Below, one piece after another: positions 50,633 through 60,684 of a stretch of 64,000 bases of DNA. Location of the stretch: NCBI GenBank assembly GCA_043228905.1, contig JBHGNT010000004.1:4774001-4838000 (forward strand), read 5' to 3'. The first letter of the stretch is position 1. The number at the start of each line of letters is the position of its first letter. Source of the DNA: Azolla caroliniana. Taxonomy: Eukaryota; Plantae; Polypodiophyta. Below the pieces are notes generated by a model. That model saw nothing but the letters and a program-made list of their open reading frames with translations. It was not told the origin of the DNA and did not search any database. The position numbers were made by a program, and so were the translations under genes.

Positions 50633-52046
50633 TCAATTCAACAGTTCACCCTCCTTGGTAATAATGGTCGACTTTGTTTTGATATCAGGATACTTCTTTT
50701 CAATCCACAATCCATCATTGGAAATGATAAACTCGTCCTCCGGATCAATTACCTGTACAAAAAACACAAAGCAACCAAAATCAAACGCAAAATATAAATA
50801 CTTCAGGTTGCAATTTGACTCCTTCACAAAATAATACACCTTCCCTTTATTCACAGCATATACAACTTTACAAAAACAAAGACATGTCCATATTGAAGCT
50901 TGGTAAGATAATTAAGGACAGTGCTCAGAAGTTAAATGTGGAAGTGCAAGTAGTTGAGAGAACAAGTCTGACAGGTAAAAGAAGCATAAAAATAAAAATA
51001 AAAATACAAGATTAATACATGGCTAGGAATTACAAAAAATACAAATGCCAAATTTGCTGTAGAGGACTTGTACACAAGCTGCAAGGGTTGATGCCAGACA
51101 GCTATGCAGCTGTGTCAAGCTCTTTGAAGAAGAGAATAGGTCATGATTTTCCAACTGCTCAGTCTTTAATCACTAATGATGAAACGATATTTCAAAAGTT
51201 TGAGAGGTAGACTTCAAATAAAAGGGAATATTCTAGTTTCGAGAGGAAAAAACCAAGCCTGGACTTCAAAAAGGACAATTGGCTATCAGTTTGAACGCAC
51301 TTCATTGACAATTCTTTGAGAAGATTGGCGAGTCTTGCAAAGTCTTATTTATAAACCATTTTGTATGATAAAAGATACTCTTTCTGAAGGTTTGATATCT
51401 ATTTCTGTTTTCTCCCATGTTAAGCTTCCACGACAAAAGAGAAGAAGAAGTGAAAGCATTAAAAAGACCAAATGTCCACTATTGATTTAAAAGGAACAAA
51501 AAACTGGAATATGTGGCTATTCAGAAATTTCCTGTGGCAGAAATAAAACCCTCAGTACGTTGAACATGAAATACAAGAATGTAAAGTAGCATCTTACCTC
51601 AGGTGCAAGGTCTTCGAGGCCTCGAGAAAAGCTATCTCTATAAGCAGAATTCCATTCTTTCCAAAGCTTTTCAATTTTAGTAGCCTGCCCTACAGATGAA
51701 ATGAAGAAGATATTGAAATAAAATGCTATTCAAAAAGGAAGAGAATAATCTAAAAGAAGAAATTACCAAAGATTTCGGGATGGATATCAGGGACGCCTCT
51801 ATTTTGTACGATCCTACGACGAGCATTGTAATTGGCACGTCTATTGCGGTTAATGTCAAAATCAGGCATGTTGCTCAAGTCAAAAGAGAAACGAGAAGGC
51901 GTTGGGTTCTCATCCTCTACAGAACTCCGAACAGTAAAGAAATTCCCACTTGTTCTTATTCTTCTACTGTCCTTGTCGCTATTTTTTGCAGTGCCAATAA
52001 TCCTAAATCTTGCAGGAAAGATTGCAGTTTCCATCATCATAGCCAT
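50633..52046 (-). CDS. Unknown protein, ~163 aa, probable chloroplast transit peptide, 3 exons
   Basis: Exons 52046-51767, 51689-51598, 50752-50633 join in frame through GT-AG sites. The N-terminus MAMMMET..FFTVRSS is transit-like; no recognised domain. Confidence 0.65.
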
Positions 52047-53399
52047 ATGCTGTAATACCCAAAATCTTGATATTTGTGAGGAGATTTAACAAAATATGAT
52101 CCAATACTGCAAAATCAGCAGATGTACAGTTTTTTGTGAATCATGGATAGCAATTAATTAGCTACTCTTTCCACTCAAGGTTAACATGTTTCTTTCGAGC
52201 ACATCATTATAGAGGTTATTACATTCAAAATAAATATTAAGAATTTATCACTTAAAGCATTTTGGTTCTGTATAAAATCAATATTTGCTGCTTTGATACA
52301 ACTCGCACCGTAGCTAGGTACTTGATGGAAACATGTTTCTTTCCAATGGTGTGACAGTTTTTGTTTTACAGATTTTTAAGACGTACTAGTATAAAATTAT
52401 AGTGATATGTCTCAAAGAGATTTCATAAAATCATTTAAAGAATATACGCTAAAGGTCTGGGAATTGGATTTAGCATTAGAGTGCAAAACAACATAATACA
52501 GGATTTAGGGTATCATGTATATGTACATAGTATAATGGTATAGTGACACAACTCGAGAATTTATCTTTGAAAATGACAGAATTATGAATTTATGGCACTA
52601 CATAAATGAACACAGTATAGTGGTACAACAACAAAATCAAGAATCTTTGTCTCTGAAAATTTAGACTTGTACTTACATCAACTTTAAGGTTGTGGATATT
52701 GTTCATTTTAAGATAGGTGCAGAATTATGGATAGATTTGGAATCGCAAAAACAACAAGTTGCGGATAGATTTAATTCAAGGAAACGCACGACATTGTAGT
52801 TTTAAAGAAGAAGGCTTGCACTATCTAGTTTTTCATGGCCTTTCTGTAGAAACTGTGATCGTTTTTGTAAGTTCTAGAAAAAAAAGCGAACTACCAAAGA
52901 AATTAAACTTTAGAGCTAAATACACTTTAATGCAAATAATTTAGCACATGCAAACATTACATGTTTTCCTCAAAAACGTTGAGAATTTCATCATGATGAC
53001 TCAAGATAACAAACTGCAGAAATTAATTATGATGTTTCTGCTGAAAAATGCGACTTAACTTAATTGATTATTGTTCGAAAAAAATGACAGAATGTAGAAA
53101 TTAATCGATGATATTTTGGTCGAGAGATTAATTGAAGTTAACCAGTTAGACTTGCTCAAAGATTGCGGGAGGGCAGTTAGTTTTCTTGCCAGAAACAGCT
53201 CGTTTGTGGGGAGGGGAAAACGAAGGGACCCGGAGGTGAGAAGGAATACCGTACCTTGAGAGAGGAAGAACGTCTGCGCCAGGAGCTTCGGGAGCGTGAG
53301 ACAGATAGATGTGTGAGAAGAAGGAACCATGGATGGATGGATGGATGGATGGATGCAGAAACGAGACAGGAATTTGGGGGGTGGGGGGGGGGGGGGGAT

Positions 53400-53826
53400 T
53401 TGTCCGGCCGGACAAAGGACCTCCCCGTGTGAAATCAAGTGTCTTTCGAATGGACGGCTCGGATCGTTTGGTCCGTGCTAAATGAAAGGCCGAAGATCTT
53501 GATCGTATCGGCATTCGGGGATGGCTCGTTTGCCCCACCGGGCGATGGAACTCCCCGTGTGAAATCACGTGTCTTTCGAATGGACGGCTCGGATCGTTTG
53601 GTCCGTGCTAAATGAAAGGCCGAAGATCTTGATCGTATTGGCGTTCGGGGATGGCTCGTTTGCCCCGCCGGGCGATGGAACTCCCCATGGGAAATCAAGT
53701 GTGTTTGGAATGGATGGCTCGGATCACTCGGGTCGTGCTAAATGAAAGGCCTGGATCTTGATCGTATCGGCGTTTGGGGATGGCTTGTTTGTCCGCCCGG
53801 ACCATGGAACTCCCTGTGTGATATCA
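53400..53826. repeat. GC-rich tandem repeat, 130 bp unit, ~3.2 copies
   Basis: ctcccc..gaaatca recurs at 53421, 53551, 53681 and ~53810; preceded by (GGAT)n and a poly-G run. Confidence 0.9.
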
Positions 53827-56800
53827 ATGGTAGCAAAACTACAAATCCCCCATGTGTATGTGTAGGTAGACTATGTTCCTTGCCGAGAGGGCCCACTACT
53901 ACAAACCTCTCCGCCACAATAAGGATCCATGTTCGTGTGGCAGAGGATTTGCTCGCAGCTAGAGATGTAGGATGAGCTTGTGTTCCTTCGCATTGGCTTT
54001 GTTGGTTTCCTGTGATGGAAACCCATGGCGTGTCATTGGCTAGATATGTGTGAGCTAACAGTTTCATGCCTGAATTTTTTCCTAAAGAACCCATTATATC
54101 CAACGATTGCATCAACATGCACCACACATAATATCAAGCCCATTGTCTTCTTTTTTATACCCCTTCATTCGTGGTTATGTTCAACCCCTTGGGTTGAACT
54201 TGTTTGTTGTACGGATTTCACTACTATAGCCTTGCAATTTCATAGAGGATTCAAATATTCACAAACGATACTCTTGTGTTCCCTCTCTTTTTATGTTGCT
54301 TGTGGGGGTGATCTCATAAATGTAATGCATACCTTGAACTACCAAAGTCTATGAGGGATTTCCTTTAAGCATTAACAATGTTACATACCCTAAAGTTTCC
54401 CTCTAATATATAGATAGATAGATAGACATAAGTATAGCCTATAGGTATATATGGGTTTAGTACAACATTTTAGTTCAATAGTTGTATGAACCATGACCAA
54501 CAAGGTCTAGTTTAGCATTGTTATAACTTATATATTAGAATCTAGACATGTTGATTTTATTTTGGAAGGTTTTCTTTCATATTTATGTGGTTCTTGCATT
54601 ATTGGCTGATTTTGTCTTGCTCTAACAATTTTAACACAATGTCTCATCAATAATTTTAACATCTTCACATAGCTTTGGTTGGCATCACATAGACATTAAG
54701 GAGTTGGTAGCATTTTCATAGTTTCTCTACCTTACACTAGAGATGATTTAGTAAAATCCTTGTTCACTATTCTCCGTTTTCTATGGAGTAAGACTTGTTG
54801 CATCAAGATGAATGATACACACAATAGTACTTCTGCATGGATAGATATTGTAAAATTGAGTGTCTATCTTCTAAATGGAAGTTTTATTGTGTAAATTTGT
54901 TAAATATTACACAACTATATGCAAGTATGTGCCTAAATCTTAGCTGTAAAGAATACATTCCAAATGTGAGATATTACATTATAAGAAATACATATGTTCA
55001 TAATGATTTATAATCTTATGAATGACTACTAAGATTTTGATTTTGACTCTTATTTAGAAGAGTATGATCTGGTTTCTTTCATGATCGTGTCATGTGTAAT
55101 AGGATAAGATCAAGTGAAAAAAGGTAGAATACATGAATATGTTATGATGTTGTGTTGAAATGATGGCAGTTGGTGTGATGAGATAGGGTGAGACATATAA
55201 TTATGAATATAATGTGATAAGATCATTTATGATACAATTTACTATGACATAAGGTGACATGAAGATGTGATTTCCATCAGGACAAGATCTTTCGGATCAC
55301 TTGTAAAAGGATGTGTTGACCTCATCATTTAAAGTATGATAACATGAGAACACAATGAATGTAGTGTGATGATTGATCGTGGTATTCCACAAATATCTCA
55401 ATTTTTTTGGTGATTAATTATGAATAGAGTGCGCATTTCTTGACTTGTGTGGTCTAATTTCTTAACGGAGGTTCATGCAAAAAGTTACTATTGAAAGTTG
55501 CGAAGCATAAACGAAATTTCCCTTAGGCTCATTAAAATTAAACATGCATGAACAAAATTTCCTTTAGGCACATTAATTCTTCATATAAATGAGGGTCTCC
55601 TATATGACGACACTCTTAAATAATTTGTGATTTTGAGGTTTTCATGAGCTTTCTCTATGCTCAAGGAAACAACATATAAAGATAACTTCAAACAATAGTC
55701 AAATAATGTACACAACACTAACTGCAAATTTATCTTTATCAATAGTGCAGATTTTGTTGACTACATCTACAATTATTCCATGCCTTAAATCTAGAGTAAG
55801 ATTATGTGGATGAAGTAGGGAGATTTACCAAAATTTGGATTGGCACTTGTCTTTCTCTTGTATTTAAAATCAAATCACTTGAATGATAGTCAATGAATTA
55901 ACTGTCATGCTTATTTAAGGTCCAATAAATTTTGAAGAACCCATGGGTTTCTACTATTTGAGGTGGGAGGCTTTAGCTATTAGCAATGTAACTCGGAATT
56001 CAAATTGTCTTGGATCAAGCATGAGATTCATGACATGTTACAAGATATGCTAGGTTGATATAACCCCTTCAAAGTCTTTGGATCTACGAGTTGGTAGCTC
56101 GGCTCTCAACTCCACAATGGTTAGAAAAGTTGAAATATTTTTTTCATCATTTCATGAGCATAGCCTCAAATATATTCTTTCAAAAAATGAGGCACCTTTA
56201 TTTGGTTTACATGTCTTCTAATTATTTGTAGAAATCAAAATACCATTTGATAACTCTCTTTCGGCCCAACTACAAATGAGGGGGGAATTCATCATAAACA
56301 AACATTTTTTGTTATTCGTGGTGATATTTCTTAACAAGCCTAAACTTATCATAAACCTATCCATTACGAGGGAAACAATATGACAAATGAAGCATATACG
56401 TTGTTGAAAGAGAAGCTAAATCAACTCTCCAAAAAGTGAAGGTAATATGAGGGTTCTATCCATTCTTGTTGAATCGTTTGAAAGGAAGAGGAGTTTGTTT
56501 TCTTAAAGTCTTCTCTAAAGGGCTATAAATGACAGTTACAACTTACAACCAAGACATTAACTTATCCAATTCCTCACTTGACAAAATCGGAAAAGGCAAT
56601 TTGACCTTTCAAACATCCCTTCTTCTATGTAGGCAACCATAACGGCGACCTATATTCCTTCATATATATCATTAATAAATAGAAAAGAGAGGTTTCAGGT
56701 TTTAGACATGATTCTAGGGATCATCACAAGGATACAATCTTCAACACAATTGCTAGTGCTTTGTTATGGAGCATTTGGAAGGGTTGGAGTTCCAAGTCCT

Positions 56801-57217
56801 TGGGGGTGAACATGACAATACTTTGAAACTTTGACATTTATTTGGCGAAGTTAGTTGCACCATTTGGTTTTTCCTAGGGAACCCTAGAAATTAGGGATGC
56901 TTTCCTTAAAGCTTGGAAGCATTGTTGCCTTTCTTTAATTTTGGAATAAATAATATATTACATGGAGACATACAACACCATTTTAGTTCATTTAACGTTG
57001 TGTTCCTATGTGGTATAGCTGGGTTTCTTGGCTACACCATTGTATATACTATGCTTCACACTTCCCTTGTATATACATAGCATGACAACTCCAAAGCATA
57101 TTTTAACAAATGTAATATTCAACCCATATTTTCTTAGTGAAGAAGAATCTGATACACCCTACATTGCAATTGTACCTATGTTTCATGTTAATATATATTT
57201 ACATATTAAGTTCCTAT

Positions 57218-60200
57218 TTACTTATAATGAGGGACAATAGAGTGATCACAAATCATTTTCATTTTATAGTGGTGGCCACTAAAGTTAGTTAGTTCACCTA
57301 GCACATATTTTCTATTACATCTACTGTTTTGCACCCTCGACATTTGAAAGGTAATAGTTTCCATCTCTTCATATATGTCTTTACTTCGAGAATGTTTTGC
57401 ATTCTCTAACCTTGCATTAAACCACAGATTATTTCCTTGCTTCACCAAAGCATCATAATTTAGACTCAAAGGATCAATATTTCCTGCCTCTTTTTGAATA
57501 CCCAGATTTGCACTAACATTCGCCATAAGAGCATAGGCTGAATCACAACCCTTTTTTAATTTTATTGCTTGATCAAAAACCAAATTTGCAAGTTTCAAAT
57601 TTCCCCATTTTCTACAAGCACTCAATAGTGCAAGCCAAAGAACATCATAATCACAAGGAGGTATCATCTGAGCAAGTAACATTGCCTTGTCAAAATGGCC
57701 TATAAATCCAAGAAAAGACGCAATGCAATTACGGTGCTCAACACTTGGACTGATACCATATTTACTTGTCATACTCTCGAAAAGAGAATTTCCCTCATCC
57801 CATAAACCCGTGCGAGAACACGCAGTAAGTATACAAAGGAAAGTGACATTATTCGGATCAATTCCTTCACTTTGCATCCTTTCAAAACATTTCAGTGCTT
57901 CATAACCTTTCCCTTGGTGAGCATAACCAGCAATTAATGAAGACCAAGATACTATGTTTCTAAAAGGAAGTTCTTCAAGCACATATTGTGCTAAGGCAAG
58001 CATACCGCATTTTGCATACATGTCTACTAAAGCACCACCAAGTACTATATCTTTATCTAATAAACCCCTTCTCAATATGTCACCATGAATTTGTTTGCCA
58101 GTGTTTATTGCCCCTGTGCTACCACACGCTTTTAAGATGCAAATTAGTGTGACTTCATCTGAAGAAAAGCCCTTGTTTTGCATCTTCTTGAAACAAAACA
58201 ATGCTTCATGACAGAGCTCTTGTTGTACAAACCCTGTAATTAGTGCATTCCAAGACACTACATCTTGAACATGCAGATCTTCTAGCACCTTTTGTGCCTT
58301 TTCCGGGAACCCACATTTGGCATACATATCCACCAAAGCATTGCCAAGCACAGTGTCATTCTCTAATAACCCCTTACTCAAAATCTCATCATGAATTTGT
58401 TTGCCTGTGTCTAGGGCTCCTGCACTTCCACAAGCTTTCAAGATGCAAGTATAAGTGATGGTGCTTGCATAGTGTCCCTGTCTTTGCATCTGTTCAAAAC
58501 AGGTCAATGCATCAAGGCATTGCCCTTGCTCCACATATCCTGCAATTAGAGCATTCCAAGTGGCTTCATTACAAGCAACGAGTTCTCCAAGTACTTCTTG
58601 TGCTTTCCCAAGCATACCACATTTGGCATACATATCTACCAAAGCAGTCCCTAGTGCAATATCCTTATCCAACAACCCCTCATCCACAACCTCATCATGA
58701 ATTAGTTTCCCTTCGTTTATAGCTCGTGTGTAGCCACAAGCTTTTAGAATGCAAATGAAGGTAACCACATCAGGTGAGAGACCACAGCTTCGCATTTGTT
58801 TAAAACATAAAAGTGCTTCATGACATTGCCCCTTGTGTGCATATCCTGAGATTAGTGCAGACCAAGAGACCACATCTTGAACAGGAAGCTCTTCAAACAC
58901 ATCTTTTGCTTTTCCGAGCATACCACATTTAGCATACATGCCTACCAAAGCACTCCCAAGTAGACTATCCTTCCCTAACACGCCCTTACTCAAGATTTCA
59001 TGATGAATCAATTTCCCATTGTCTATAGCTCCAATGTTCCCACAAGCTTTAATTATACAAAGATATGTTGACAAATTTGGAGAGAGGCCATCTCTTTGCA
59101 TTTGTTGAAGACAGTTCAGTGCCTCATGGCATTGCCCCTGTTGAACATACCCTGCCATTAGTGCATTCCAAGAGAGTGTGTTTCTAATAGGAATCTCCGC
59201 GAGCACCTTCTGTGCTTTTCCGAACGCACCACATTTAGCATACATATCAACCAAAGCATTACCAAGGACAATATCGTTCTTCAACAAGCCCATGGTAGTA
59301 ATCTCCTCATGAATTTGCTTTCCTTTATCTATAGCCCCTATGCTACCACATGCCTTCAGAATGCACGTGAATGTAATAGAATTTGGGCTAATTTCTTCAC
59401 TTAGCATTTGATCGAAACAAAGTAATGCCTCATGGCAGCGTCCACATTCAGCATAACCTGCAATCAACGTTGACCAAGAGACTACATCTCGGACTGGAAG
59501 TTCTATAAAAACCTTGTGGGCTTTCTCAAGCACTCCACATCGAGTATACATATCCACTAAAACATTACCTAGTATAATGTTCCTTTCCAATAAGCCTTTA
59601 CTCACAATCTCTTCATGAATTTTCTCCCCCTTGTGTATAGAGCCAGTGTGGCCACATGCCTTCAAAACACAAGAAAAAGCGACAACATCTGGCGAGATCC
59701 CTTCATTTTGCATTTGTTCAAAACAGATCAATGCTGTGTGATCTTGACCATGTTGAGAATAGCCTGAGATTAGAGCAGACCAAGAGACTACATCACGAAA
59801 AGGAAGCTCATCGAGCACTTCTTGAGCTTTCAGAATCATACCACATCTAGCATACATACTAATCAAAGCACTAGCTATAAAAGGGTTATTTCCCAGTATC
59901 TTCTTTTTCAGAAGTTGATTATGTAATCTGGTGCCTTCACATATATCCTTCTTTCTTGCACATGCCTTGAGTACGGCCATCACAGTGAAATCTTGCTTAT
60001 GACTTCCATTCCTATTAATCTCCTTACATTGCTCTGTAGCTAAAAATGCTCTTCTTCTTCTGAGATCTTCATGAAGCCAATGGGGATTATATAACCCATC
60101 AATCCACAAAGATTCACGAGTCATGGTGTTTCTAAAATCAGGAGATTTGGATGTACTCTGGATGAAAAGAGAAAGTAAAAAAGAAAATTTATCAACACGC

Positions 60201-60415
60201 AGACATATACACACGTTCTGAAGAAAAAACGAAAAATAAAGAGCTACTGCATGCAAATCTCTCTCTTTCTCATCATTATCATCATCGCTTACCTTGGTGT
60301 TACGATTGTCATACCACTGTGTAGGATTTGTGAAGAAGTCTTTCCATAAGAGATGCGTCTTTGTAGAGGAGCCACTAGATTTCTTCAATCCCCGCATAAG
60401 CTCTTGGGGCAGCAT
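57218..60415 (-). CDS. PLS-class pentatricopeptide repeat protein (PDF motif + PLS array + E1/E2 + degenerate DYW remnant), ~1020 aa spliced
   Basis: Exons 60415-60293 and 60157-57218, with a 135-nt in-frame intron (AAG|GTAAGC..TCCAG). Contains L-S, six ~102-aa P-L-S triplets, P2-L2-S2, and E motifs (LWLALLSACRKWGN; AYALMANV). Confidence 0.93.
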   Translation of the reverse strand: MLPQELMRGLKKSSGSSTKTHLLWKDFFTNPTQWYDNRNTKVSDDDNDEKERDLHAVALYFSFFLQNVCICLRVDKFSFLLSLFIQSTSKSPDFRNTMTRESLWIDGLYNPHWLHEDLRRRRAFLATEQCKEINRNGSHKQDFTVMAVLKACARKKDICEGTRLHNQLLKKKILGNNPFIASALISMYARCGMILKAQEVLDELPFRDVVSWSALISGYSQHGQDHTALICFEQMQNEGISPDVVAFSCVLKACGHTGSIHKGEKIHEEIVSKGLLERNIILGNVLVDMYTRCGVLEKAHKVFIELPVRDVVSWSTLIAGYAECGRCHEALLCFDQMLSEEISPNSITFTCILKACGSIGAIDKGKQIHEEITTMGLLKNDIVLGNALVDMYAKCGAFGKAQKVLAEIPIRNTLSWNALMAGYVQQGQCHEALNCLQQMQRDGLSPNLSTYLCIIKACGNIGAIDNGKLIHHEILSKGVLGKDSLLGSALVGMYAKCGMLGKAKDVFEELPVQDVVSWSALISGYAHKGQCHEALLCFKQMRSCGLSPDVVTFICILKACGYTRAINEGKLIHDEVVDEGLLDKDIALGTALVDMYAKCGMLGKAQEVLGELVACNEATWNALIAGYVEQGQCLDALTCFEQMQRQGHYASTITYTCILKACGSAGALDTGKQIHDEILSKGLLENDTVLGNALVDMYAKCGFPEKAQKVLEDLHVQDVVSWNALITGFVQQELCHEALFCFKKMQNKGFSSDEVTLICILKACGSTGAINTGKQIHGDILRRGLLDKDIVLGGALVDMYAKCGMLALAQYVLEELPFRNIVSWSSLIAGYAHQGKGYEALKCFERMQSEGIDPNNVTFLCILTACSRTGLWDEGNSLFESMTSKYGISPSVEHRNCIASFLGFIGHFDKAMLLAQMIPPCDYDVLWLALLSACRKWGNLKLANLVFDQAIKLKKGCDSAYALMANVSANLGIQKEAGNIDPLSLNYDALVKQGNNLWFNARLENAKHSRSKDIYEEMETITFQMSRVQNSRCNRKYVLGELTNFSGHHYKMKMICDHSIVPHYK

Positions 60416-60684
60416 TAATTTCTTCTTCTTCTTCTTCTTCTGCTTCTTGTTTCCATGTTAGAGCTGTAGCTTATAGCAGTAAAGAAGACATGCTTGGTAG
60501 TTTCCACATCCTATTTCCCTCCTCAAGTCTTGGGTTCAAATCTCACTTGACCTCTCTCTACCCACAAAAACGTATCACTCACTCCATAATAACGTCTCTC
60601 TATCAAATCTATACATATGTATATGATATACATATATGTATCTATAATCAATTAATCACCTTCTCTGTCTTTGCCATCTCTTGA

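Noticed and set aside
53055-54127. Minus-strand ORFs starting MISHGE
   Set aside because: Translations of the 130-bp tandem repeat
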